Source: Fimicolochytrium jonesii (lineage: Eukaryota). From it: a stretch of DNA of 64,000 nucleotides. The position numbers were made by a program, and so were the translations under genes. The notes below the pieces were generated by a model that had not been told where the DNA came from, did not search any database, and worked only from the letters and a program-made list of their open reading frames with translations. Positions 11,353 through 23,161 of the stretch are shown here, piece by piece. The stretch lies in the NCBI RefSeq assembly GCF_025526975.1, contig NW_026515673.1, positions 620,001-684,000 of the forward strand. The letters run 5' to 3'. The first letter of the stretch is position 1; each line of letters opens with the position of its first letter.

Positions 11353-14312
11353 TTGTTTTTTTTTGTTTTTCGTCCCCGTGTTCTTTTTTCTTGCCAAAGG
11401 ATCCACCAATTCCATTGTCGTTTGCCAAGGTTTGCCATGCTGGAAGGATGTCCCACCGCTCACCAAATCTGTATGTTTGGGAAGCTCCCGACCCGTTCGC
11501 TCTGCTTTTACAGCCGGATTGCTTGCGGACCTTTGATTCTGGGATGATTGATGCCCCTGTCGCTCTCCTGTCGCTCTCCTGTCTTTCTTCATGCCCGACG
11601 CGCGTTATGTCAGCACGCGAACGGTTTCCCATGCAGCTCTCCAGTCTGGCTCGAGTAGACCGGAATATGCGAAACCTTCGAAACGCAGATATCGCACTGA
11701 CTAACGTCGGCTATGGCGTATGCAAGGGTGCGCGGATCGTGTGAGTCCCAGGATATTGCCAAGGCCGGTAGAGTGCGCGAAGACCAGGCGCACAACAGCC
11801 AGCTTTTCGTGGAGGCCATTCCTGACCTTCCAAATGACAGCACAAGGCATAAGCCAATGCTTCGACCTCGTCAAGAATTGTTCAGCTGATTTGAGGGGAA
11901 GGCTTTTATCCATGACTTGAAGCGCAAATGCTTACAGTCACATGTCCAGTTAGGTCAGATTATGCTTTCTGAAGGCACACGTCTCGGAGCTCACGCCTAT
12001 GAGCCGGTTTTTAGGGGAGCACTACGCTGTTATGACAGCACGCGCGTTGAGACATACGTCCCATCCCGCGTCTCGCATTCCACGTAAATTCTCGTACCTA
12101 TTGTCGGGCTGTCGCAGAACAGTGTGTTACCCTTCGATAGCGAAGTGATAAGCGTACAGTACGTCGCAACATTTTCAATCGACGCGTCATTCAGGCGTTC
12201 ATAATCAACTTCCGGCGAAAATCGTCTGGGAGACATGAGCTCTGCCGTGCCTGCATCCCAAAGGAAGGCTAAGATCCTTCTCTGTTTCTTTAAGATCGCC
12301 CTAAGTGCGTCATAGGCCCAGCCAGCCCAGGGCTGTCATCATATCTTGCTGAGGTCTTCTACCGTGAATCTTCGCAACGGTGTGCCTGACGACGCGAAAA
12401 AGCTGTGTCTCGTGAACCCACATCTGAGAATATTCCCATCCAGCGCGCCTTATAGTGTAGGAATACTGGCTGCTACTAACCTCCAGCCAGTCCTGGGCCC
12501 GACTCGGGCGAGCATTACACTCTGGGTTGCATTGATCGGCCGTCTGCGTAGGTTTGCCTATGTGAACTCAGCTCTCTGCCGCATCACTTGTTTTGCAAAT
12601 CTTGCGAGTGCACGCGTTATGTCAGGCGCTTGCGATTACGCGTGCACAAAGGAGTTAACCCAATCATCCATGGACGCACTTTCCCTGTTGCTTCCCGCTG
12701 CTACCAGGTCATTCCTTGGCGGGGTTAGAAACATGGGGCCCTACTTGGATGTGGAATCTCCTTGGAAGGCAGGTATACTAACTAATTCTTCGCGCATTAC
12801 CGACGATCTACTGAACGTGACCATCGGGATGGGTCAAATAGGCCCGACCTGGCCCTGTGTCTGAGAGAATATACTTAGCCAATATTCTGTTTGAACATAA
12901 CCGTAAGAGTGGGTGACAGAAGCCCGACTCGCGCCTGGATCTGAGCGCGCCAATATCCTCGCGCGTCATCAACGTTCTCTTTGCCGCATGCTCGCGCAAC
13001 CATAAGGCGCGGCGGCATAGGCCCGACTTGCGGGCTGGGCCCACAAATAGAACGATTCCCATGTCCGTGCGTGATTTTATCTCACAAATGGTCAACTCCA
13101 ATGATTTCCAATGAGGGGCAGGCACGAAGGGAGACTAGAGCTTGAGGCAACGACCGAAAAACGCACACCGTGGTTCTATGAAACCGGTTCGCCAAAAAAG
13201 GGCAATCGCCAAAAACAAGGAACTTCCGGGCCAACTTCTTCTTGCGCAAAATCGCTCACTCTTTGCAATGGGCAACAAACATGTCGCCTTGAGAATCCGT
13301 AGCAGAAGGCCCTGGGCTCGTAGTCTCGTTGGGTTCAGTTCGTTGACGCGTATTGCACGCGTTAATTTCAAACTCCGCCTTGTTCGGACATGTCTGGACT
13401 TGCGCTAAACACAAAAAACGGACCTCATCTCAAAGAGACCACAAAGGAGAACGTCAATGGCTGGAGAGTGAGATTACGGGCTTATCCCAATTGTATTGCG
13501 CTGCCTACACAGATAGTAGCATAACTTCCTCCTTGGCAAAGTTGGCCTTCTAATCTCGAATCACCGTTCATGCATTAAACAACATCCAATGAACGTCAGC
13601 GCGGGGCACAACTTGACTTAATATACTTATAGCCGTCCAGCCTGACATGAACGCCAAGGGGAACAATATGCCCGGCACGAAAGGACCCCATGTGATGCTT
13701 TCCACATTTCAAGGCCGAGATGTTAAGGTTTCTCTCACGCGTTTGAGTGCTTGGTCAGCGCGTCCAACTCCGACCCACCACCGTGATCACCGAGCTCGAG
13801 GACCAAACGCAGAGTTGCGGGGCTACCTTTCCATCAATGTCGTCCGGTTTTGCTCCGCTGGAAGGAGCAAATCCGTCCACCTCCGTTTATACCACCGGCG
13901 AGACTCGATCCAACCCAGAAAGACCACAAACACGCACCAACCATAACGGTCTTTTGCTCTCGTAGGCATTATTGTCATTTGGAAGAACGATGAGAAAACG
14001 TAAGTAGAGTGCGTCAACCTGAACGTCTAACAAAAAGTCTAAACCGGAAAGGGTGGTACGAGATCTACGACGACCAGACTACATGTGGGGAAATCTGCCG
14101 GAAGCTTCCGAGCATATCGATATCAAAAGGGAAGTGTAAAAGGGAAAGAGAGAACTGTGTGTCATTTGGAGTAACCCGCAAGAATGAATGACGTGGAACA
14201 AATGGGGGAGTAAACGAAAAATGATGATGCAAACCAAGAGTGGCGCACAGAGAAGTGTCTGCCCAGAGAAGGGAACCGAAAAACGGAAGACTACATCCTA
14301 CAAAACAAAGCT

Positions 14313-17300
14313 CTACGCAGCAACCCCCCAAGCCCGTCCCTCCTCCCTAACATCCTTCGCCAGTACCGCATCCGTCCCCCCACAAGCGGCCAAAATGCGT
14401 TCACCTGTAGCCGGCGAATCCATCCTAAACCACCCGTCATCCTCACCCACCTCCCTCCTCTTGGCCTTGATGGCATCTCTAATCGCGAAAAACACCACAC
14501 TGCCTAGGAACAGCGGGGGTTCCCCGACGGCTTTGGAGGAATGCACCGCGCGGCTGTTGGAGACGTTGGAGAGAAATCGGACGTTGAGGGAGACGGGGAT
14601 GTCGCGGAAGGAGGGGATTTTGTATGCGCCGGGACCGCGGGTTAGCAGCATGCCCGTGTTAGGGTTGAGGAGGGGTTCTTCGAGGGTGCACCAGCCCAGG
14701 CCTTGAATGAAGGCGCCTTCGATCTGTGGGAGGAAGGGATGTTAGAAAGCCTAAAGCGTGGAGGCACCCTTCTTCGCGACCCCAAAAGCGCAGAGACAAA
14801 AGACTCGCCTGCCCAATATCAACCGCCGGATTCAAACTCTTCCCAATATCCATACAAACATCCGCCCACCTGCACCCCCACTCGCCCGTCAGCGTATCGA
14901 CCTCGACCTCCGCACACGCGGCGCCATACGTGAAATAGTTATACATGCGCCCCTCATTCGTCGCCCAATCATAGCTCAAATCCGGCGTCGCATAGAATCC
15001 CGTCGCCGATAATGAAACGCGATCGAAATAGGCTTTGTTGATCATTTGTTCCCATGTGAGGGGTGGCGTGTGGGATTGGTAAGGGGCGAGACGCGCGAGG
15101 ATGGTGTTGCACGCGTTAAGCACGGCCATGCCGTTCAAATCGGAGGAAACGGAGGCCGCCGTGGCGGAGGTGTTGGGGACGGTGGAAGTCTGTGTTTCGG
15201 ATAAGTGGATCTTGGACACGGGGACGCCGAGGGCGTGCGCGGCGATCTGCACCATTTTGGTGTGCAGCCCCTGCCCCATCTCCGTGCCGCCGTGGGTGAT
15301 GAGCACCGACCCGTCGGTATAGATGTGCACGAGGGCGCCGGCTTGGTTGAGGAACCGCGCTGTGAATGCCAGCCCAAATTTGGTAGGCATGAGTGCCAAC
15401 CCACGTTTGCGATGCGTGTGCAGTTTATTGAACTCATCCACCTCCCGTCTCCGTTTCTCGAACTGCGCCGACTGGTGCAACTCATCCCACACGCGCTCGA
15501 TATAGACGTCCGTCAGGGGCTGTCTGAACGGAGTGATTTCGCCCGTTTTGTACAGATTGATCTGCCGGATCTCTTCCACCGGTTTGCCCAGGTACTCCGC
15601 GACATGGCACATGAACTGCTCGCACAGCATCATCCCCTGCGGCCCGCCAAACCCTCTAAACGCGGTGTTCGACGCAATGTTTGTTTTCGCAATGCGGCCG
15701 CGGATGATGGCGTTCGGGATGCGGTAGCAGTTATCCACATGCGTCATGGCGCGTTCGAGTACAGAGGAGGAGAGATCCGCCGAGAACCCGCCGTTGGATG
15801 TAATCATCACTTCGAGGGAGACCAGCTTGCCCTCAGCGGTGAACCCAACCTTGTAGTCCCCGCGGAACGGATGCCGTTGCCCGGAGATGGCCATATCTTC
15901 CTCGCGGGTGTACATGCAGCGGACAGGCACCTTCAGTTTATGCGCGGCGACGGCCAACGCGCAGGTGAGATTGACGCTACGGGTTTCCTTCCCGCCGAAC
16001 CCGCCGCCGAGCCGCTTGACGCGGCAGTTGATGCGGTTGGCGGGGATGCCGAGGACTTTGGAGACGTAAACTTGGGTTTCGGTGGGGTTTTGTGTTGAGG
16101 CGAAGATCTCGATTTCGTTGTCTTCTTTTTTGGGGTTGACGAGGGAAGCGTGCGTTTCGAGGTAGAAGTGTTCTTGGGCGGACTGGGTAGCAAATCACAC
16201 AATTCTCAGTCAGATAAACATACCCAATACACAACTCAAACAACGATACTCAACACTCACCATCCTAGCCACCCCCTCAACATGATGCACAGCCTCATCC
16301 AACGGCACCTCCGCCTCTCTCCTCCTCGCATCAAAGTGCCCCGTCCGAATCTCCCTCGAAATATCAAAGAACGTCCCCTTCTCAATCGCATCCTCAATCG
16401 TAATCACAAGCGGCTGGCGGTCCGTATACGTAACCTTCACCTTCGCCGCCGCCTTTCTTGCCACAAGCTCCGAGGTCGCAACAACAAGGCCGATCATCTG
16501 CCCGTGGAAATGCACACGTTTTGTGGCGTACAGTTCTTCGTCGTGGAGGATGGGTCCGACGATATTCCGATTGTGCGGGTCCGCGGGGTCGTAGCCCGGT
16601 ATATCAGTCGCGGTAATGTACCCCAAAACGCCGTCCATCGCGAGCGCTTCGGTGGTATCGACGCTCTCGATCGCGGCGTTGGCTTCGGTGGAGAGGACGA
16701 GCCCCGCGTAGCATTCGTTGGCGAGGCGGGGGATATCATCCAGGTAGGCGGCTTCGCCCGTGACTTGTTTGAGGGCGGCGAGGTGCGGGATGGAGGAGCC
16801 GACGGCGCCTTCGAGTGCTGTGGGCGAGGTGCCGGTAGTGGGTTTTTCTGGTTCGCGGTCGTACGTCTGGGATCCGTGGGCGAGACCGCGCTCGATTTCG
16901 GAGAGGGCAGAGAGTTCGGTGGATTGAATGCTGTTTGTGTCGAGTTTGTGCGAGATGTAGAGGGTGAATTTCTTGAGGAAGGAGAGGGCGAGCTGCCGGC
17001 GGTAGGCGACCATCCCGCCTGGTGTTGCTGAGCCCATGACGAAATCTTTCGTGATGACCTTCTCGCCGACGCCGTCCAGCACGTCGGGTCCCCACTTGCG
17101 ACCAACAACCGCCGCGGACGCGTCCTGCGCGATCCGGGTGAAAGGGCTGAGGCCACCAAACGCCAACGTGGCATGGGTGACTACGTTCTGAGAGTCTACC
17201 ATGATCCGGAAACACGCGTTGACGATAGCGATATCGTCATGCTTGCGTTTGGATTGCTTGAATGCGAGTGTGTACTCGCCCTTTTTGGTGAACGGGAGGA

Positions 17301-19101
17301 AGATAGACTCTGCGATCTCGGCGGGTTGCAGTAACGTGCGCCTGTACCCAATGAAGAAATCCTTCATAGCGATGGTTCGTTCCCCGCCTTTGAGGCTGGA
17401 CACCCGCAACTGCGCATCGATGGCGACAAACACCGGGTTCAGGTCCGAGATAGCACTAGCCGTGACGATATTGCCGCCGATACTCGCTACATTCCTGATC
17501 TGCGGGCCAGCAAAATACTTCAAGTTGTCCAGCAGGGCCTGAAAATTCTCGGTCTGATGCGGCTCATACGTTGCAATGAAGTGCTTCAGGCGGTCTTGGA
17601 ACGTCGTGAGGCTGGTGCCGACGCCCATCCACACGCCTTCGCCTTTTACCTCCTCGTATCCCGCCATTTCGGCGATATCGCTGACGTGCACCATGACGGG
17701 GAAATCGAACCCTTTCATACGGACTTCGATGCCAATCTCGGTGTTGCCCGTGACGATTTTAGCGTTGGGGTAGGTATGTTTGATCTGCCTTAGCTCGGCG
17801 AGCGTAGTAGGGTGGTACCACGCGCCGTCCTCATGGGCAAACATAAAAGAATCCGTTTGCTGTTTGAGCGGTTCGGGGAATGGCAGGTCTTTGGTTTGGT
17901 CAATCACGCGGTGCTTCGCCTTTTGCAGGTCTTCAATGTCCACGGAGCCGTTTTGCACGCTGCAGGTTCCGTTGGCCTTTTTGGCCGTACATTCGACTGT
18001 GCTGCACCCTACGGGGCATTCCGAGTCAGAGCCGGAATGGTTGTGCCCGTTGGCGTGCGTGTGTCCATTTGCGCATCCATTCGCCTCATGGCCACCACAT
18101 CCATTGCTTTTCCCATTCGCACACCCATTCACGTCGGGCACGGCAAACTCCTGCGCGCCCTCCAAGATGGGCCTGTATCCAGTACACCGGCACAGATTTC
18201 CATCAAATGCCTCCTCCACATCGTGACCCGTCGGTTTCGCATTGTTGCGCGTCAAGGTATACAGCGACATGACGATACCGGGAGTACAGAATCCACATTG
18301 ACTTCCATGGCTGTACGCAATCGCTTCCTGGGTCGGGTGCGGGTTGGCGCTGGAGCCGATGCCCTCGATCGTGATGACGTGCTTGCCCTCGATGGAGCAT
18401 GCGAGAGCGAGACATGCGTTGACACTCCGGTGTTGGACTTCATATTCTCCTTTTGGGAAGTAAAGAGAAGAGAACGCGATGAGAATCATGGGCAGTCGAT
18501 GAAGTGATTCGACGACGTTCGGCTACGTGTGCGAGGGGAATATTTGCAACTTTGGTCAACCATCAACCCATCAACCATCGAACGTCAACCATCCACCGTT
18601 CACCCTTGACCATCAACCTCGACCATCTACCATCAAATATCGACCATCAACCATCGAACGCCAACGATCAACCAAAGTGACGGGAGTATTGCGCTGTGGC
18701 GCCATCTGGTGCTCGCTTCGCTCGCTGAGGCTCGAAATAGCAGTGTTAGGGAAGTATTGCGCCATTGGCGCAATGTGGCTCGCTCCGCTCGCCGCAATCC
18801 GTGGTCGCTCCGTTTTGTTCTCGCTGGCTCTCTCGGACTCCCGGAGCGAACCAAATGCTCGCTAACGCTCGCGCTACTCACCATCACCACCCTCCTCCTT
18901 CCTGACATGACTGGAAACCATGACAGTACAACTTCCACAACCTCCTTCACCACACCCCAGCTTTGTGCCGGTCAGGCCATGCCTTCTGAGGAAAACGAGC
19001 AGCGACTCTTGCGGGTCAGGTGGTATTTCCGAAAACCTCTTCCCGTTTATGTAGCAGTTGAGACGCTTTTTGACGGGAAGGAGCGGGGTTGTTGTTGCCA
19101 T
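14313..19101 (-). CDS. XDH: Xanthine dehydrogenase/oxidase (molybdo-flavoenzyme), multi-exon
   Basis: 2Fe-2S motifs GTKLGCGEGGCGSCTV, HGSQCGFCTPG and GNLCRCTGYRP; FAD domain FAGPQIRNVASIGGN; Moco domain GGGFGGKE, AFRGFGGPQ, GGTEMGQGL and SSKAVGEPP. Introns at 18450-18881, ~16183-16260 and 14724-14808. Confidence 0.97.
18556..18800. repeat. Degenerate ~7-bp minisatellite (CAACCAT/CGACCAT) plus a ~45-bp imperfect direct repeat in XDH intron 1
   Basis: Repeated caaccat/cgaccat units at 18556-18673. Two copies of gggagtattgcgc...ctcgct(t/c)cgctcgc at ~18682 and ~18749. Confidence 0.7.
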
Positions 19102-19217
19102 CTTGGATGGCTCGCTGGGGGCGCCTAGTGAGGACGTTATTAAGCCGCCGTCTTTGTCCTGCGATGATGTCGTTCTCCTTGCGAGTTGTGTTAGTAGGCT
19201 TGCGAGGAGGTGATCTT

Positions 19218-19235
19218 GGGGGGGGGGGGGGGGGG
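19218..19235 (+). repeat. G18 homopolymer upstream of XDH
   Basis: Seen directly. Confidence 0.85.
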
Positions 19236-20111
19236 CTTTCAGCGGTTGTGGGGTCGAAATTCGGACTCGAGATCAACAGCGAGCGAGATAGCGACCATCA
19301 TGGGCAATGGGCATGCGCGTGTGATCCGTGTCATCAGTCATCAGGGGGGAAGTCACGTGCTCCCGCGGAATGCAGTCAACTGAGTCAAGAGGCCGCACTG
19401 TCATTTCAAAGACACGCGTGTCACTTTCAAGAACGCGCAACAAAACTCACACGCTAAACTTCTTGAGCGATGCCCCTGCCAACTACGTGGCGCTCCGAGG
19501 AGGACCATCAGCAGAAGCTGTGCCTGCAGCCTGCCCCCCTTCTCTCAAATTCTCGTAGTTTTTCCTCAAATTGATGGCCTCAGGCCGAAAATCTACAGTA
19601 TATCAGTGCGGCAAGATACGTCATTGATGAACTTCTCAATATGTTTGGCCGAAATACTGTAGGGGGGCAAACTTCAGTACGAATTTTCGGATATGGCCTT
19701 CTCTCTCTGGCGAGAGTTCAATGGCTTTAGTACTGTATCTCGGATGTGAACGTAGTACTCAGTTCTATGTATTGCACTTGCCACTCGAATACTGTGATGG
19801 CCGAGGCTCCAATAAAGCCACAGAGGCTCTGTGCCTTGCATTGAAAGAAACAACAGTCGTTCCCTTCTCTTTGGCTGATAGGCAAAGGATGGGCCACCAT
19901 TGTTCATAGCGGTCTATCAAAAAGTCGACTGTAAAACCAAGTTGTATACCATGCGTTCTTTGGAATGTCACTTCCTTCCTATGTAGCCTGCCACCCCACT
20001 CCGCGAAAACGAGCATTCAAGCCCAAACTTCTAGTCTGATATCCGACCTTCATACGTTCGCTCCTACTAATGTCTAAAAGCTAAAGTCGCGGCACTTCAA
20101 TGGTCCGACCC

Positions 20112-20965
20112 TTATTGTTTCTGTTTGGAATCCAGTATGATGGTCACCGGCCCATCATTGTTGATATGCACATCCATCATTGCTCCAAATCGTCCATCTA
20201 TGGGATGGAAGGACAAACAATCTACAGTAAGCAAGGTAAGCTTACATTCCCCTCCGTAACCTCTCCTACCTTGTATTTTATCCGGTTTATGCGCTTTTCC
20301 CAGCTTTTCTAAGAAGCCGTGGTACATGTCTTTGCTTATATCGGCTTTCGCAGCTGTCCGAGAGGGAAAGGTCAGCTTTTGGCAGGAATACAGGACAGCC
20401 CCAATGCATCGCCCAGGGCGGGGAGCGTGACCCTTACCGAGGTGGAAGTCAGGCTTTGACCCTTTGTTCGCCAGAGCGTAAAGGGTGAACTGCGACACTG
20501 GCGTGGTATGATAATCAGACATAGTGTTTCTTTTCCCCATGTTCCTACCACTCTCCTCGTATTCATATCCTACCACTCAAAACCTCCAGGTCCAGATCCT
20601 TCACACTCTTGGCCCACGATTTGCCCGCTTCATCATCAAACAGTCGTAACGTCGTTATCTTCTTGACCCTACAACGAAAAACCGTCGGTTCCAAGAGCTG
20701 CTTCCCCATACACCAAGACAACTTTCATTCCTCACATCCAATCAACATCCTTCTCATCGTCATCGTTGGTTATCCCGACCAACACGCAGAGCCCTTTTGC
20801 TATTTTGCCTACGACTTCTGTGCCAACTGCGATATGGAACAATAGTCAGGGTTGACATTGGAAATGACCGCACGGAAGGAGCTCATGCTGGCGAAGATCC
20901 CAAGGCGTCATTGAGACTATACCTGTAACGCTGGCGCTGGTTACCCGTTGTATGACCGCTCTCAT
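20112..20965 (-). CDS. DTD1: D-aminoacyl-tRNA deacylase (multi-exon)
   Basis: Exons MRAVIQRVTSASVT, KGLCVLVGI, SQFTLYALANKGSKPDFH and GRFGAMMDVHINNDGPVTIILDS (conserved Gly-Pro motif). Confidence 0.95.
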
Positions 20966-21240
20966 TGTGAAGGCTCTTCAATGCTGTGGTGTCGTCGGAG
21001 TCGTTGGTTGTGCACAATTTCCGCATTTCCGCTTTCGGCGGTAACGCGTCCCTTAGAGTCTGCCTTAGAGTGCTGGAGTCCCAATTGGTGCTTGGAAGCC
21101 ACAGCAGCCATCTCGGAGGACCCTGTGCATGAGGCTACTAACTGTGCAATTTCCCAGTTCCATCCCTGAGCACCGGTGTCGTACCTGCAACACCAAAGCA
21201 AACCACTCTTAGTTCAGCTTGCTTGTAGATAGCGCCAGCA

Positions 21241-22792
21241 ATGGTGAGCAGAAAGCTTCGCGACTTAATTTTCAGGGGAACAAGGGTTAACCAATCGTTT
21301 CTCGTCACAGTATTCGCTAGTTAGCCAGCTGAAAAACGGTCTGTGTGTAGAGGGAGCGAGATCCTTTGGAACCCCGGAGCTCATTCAAGTCTTCGGTCGT
21401 TCGCAGCACACGAAGATGGAATTTGGTCCGTGGCGTGGAGCAAACGTGGTAACAAAATCGTTACCGGCTCTGTCGACGATACCCTCAAAGTCTGGTGGGT
21501 AACTCAAGTCATCAGCATGGAGAGAGGGCTTCTTCTATGGATGCTAAGTCTTGTTGCATTTCCCAGGGCCGGAGACAGCCTAGATCCCATACACACGCTG
21601 GAAGGGCATGAGCTGGGGGTCATTTCGGCGGACATCTCACCCGACGGAACGAGTAAGGCGAATGAAAGCTGCCGCCAGCGTGGGGGAGGGGATGACTGAT
21701 GGCGTTCTCGCCTGTACATTAGATGTGGTGTCCACATCCCTCGACAGTCAAATCCGGTTTTGGGATTTGTTGCATGGGACGAGGATAGAGGCCAAGACCA
21801 TCGATGCAGGGCCAGGTATGCACCTTGCCTTCCCACGAGACCACTGTCTGTCGCGGCAAACTCAAATCACACCTCCCCATCCCTAGTCGAAGCCTGGACA
21901 GGCGTCTACTCCCCCGACGGCCGGCACATCGCGACGGGCTCACACGACGGCAACATAAATATCTGGTCCGCGGAGGAATCCAAACTGGAACGCAAGCTGG
22001 AAACCCGAGGCAAATTCACCATGTGTGTCGCGTACAGCCCCAACGGACTGTTTCTGGCCTGTGGAGCGGAGAATGGCGCTATTTATGTGTTTGATGTGCC
22101 GACGGGGAGGATGTTGCATACATTGACTGGTTGGGATGCTTGAGTTTTGTGAGCACAGGAAGTTGGGAAATGTACATTGATGGCGTTGTATTTGAAGGGC
22201 ACGCCATGTGCGTCAGGACAATGACGTTCTCGCCGGACTCGATGTTGCTGATCACTGGCTCCGACGACAAGCGGATAAATATCTACGATGTGTAAGTACC
22301 CGGTTCATGAATACCGCATATCTCATAGCGATAACAATCATTCACGCTCTCTGTCCCCGATCTCTTCCCCGTCAACAGAAATCACGCAAACTGCCTCTCA
22401 AGCCTCGCCGGGCACCAATCCTGGGTGCTCTCCCTCGCATTCAGCGCCGACACCGCCCACTTTGCCTCTGGGTAAACATCAAAGCACTTCGTCGCATTTC
22501 CCACATTCCCGTGAGATGACCTGACACCTTATTTTCGACGGTTGCAGAGGCAGCGATAAACGAGCCAAAATCTGGGACCTGAAAGCCCGACAATGCGTGC
22601 AGACGTTTGATGACCATGAGGGGCAGGTACGGAACCCAACTCCCTCCAAAATCTCACCCCAACTCTAGCATGACCTAACATCGCCTGTTCTTTCTCTTAT
22701 CGCAGGTATGGGGCCTGGCGTATAACGACGACGGGTCGCGGCTGGTCACTGTATCGGAAGATAGGAGTATCAATATTTACCAGACTGGGTGA
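21241..22792 (+). CDS. WDR61: WD40-repeat protein WDR61/Ski8/Rec14-like (multi-exon)
   Basis: [12 protein letters not shown]...[47 protein letters not shown] and GHAMCVR. The first coding exon is ATG only. Confidence 0.85.
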
Positions 22793-23161
22793 TGGATGTT
22801 GTGCGGAATAGATGGGTCTCTCTTCGTGGCGGCGTATCTTAGCCGGATTACACGAAGTCTTCGACGCTGTATGAGAGCCTATTTGTGTTTGAGACGTGTT
22901 GACCAGTGGGGCGTCCCGCCACTGTGGGTCAAGGGCGACCAGCAAGTTCGAATGATTCGATATGCTTGTGGTGTATTTACATGATGAACGTTAAATATCT
23001 ACGCCTAGGACTACATGAGATACTTCTACGGCGTGCAGACTGCCAATGAACAAAACGTCTGGCGTTCTCTAGACGCCAACGCCAAAAGGGCCTGCCGTTC
23101 CGCCATGCTCGGAAAGAAGCCAAAACTACTATTTCGCGCGTGATAGATAGCCTTCGGCGAA

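Noticed and set aside
11601..12625. 13-mer CGCGTTATGTCAG repeated at 11601 and 12613
   Set aside because: A single 13-bp match is expected by chance in a window of this size.
11400..14150. Many short ORFs in the 2.7-kb gap between the tRNA and XDH
   Set aside because: No recognisable domains, consistent splice pattern or terminal repeats. Treated as intergenic or highly decayed DNA.
17990..18135. His/Cys/Asn-rich NGCANG repeats in XDH
   Set aside because: They lie in the variable linker between the Fe-S and FAD domains. Low-complexity linkers here are unremarkable.
14700..18510. Long antisense ORFs opposite XDH (and similarly opposite TTC27, UTP10 and chitin synthase)
   Set aside because: Shadow ORFs caused by GC-rich codon bias of the real genes.
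18556..18800. CRISPR-like repeat-spacer array
   Set aside because: The repeats are degenerate and tandem without unique regular spacers, the context is a eukaryotic intron, and there are no cas genes.
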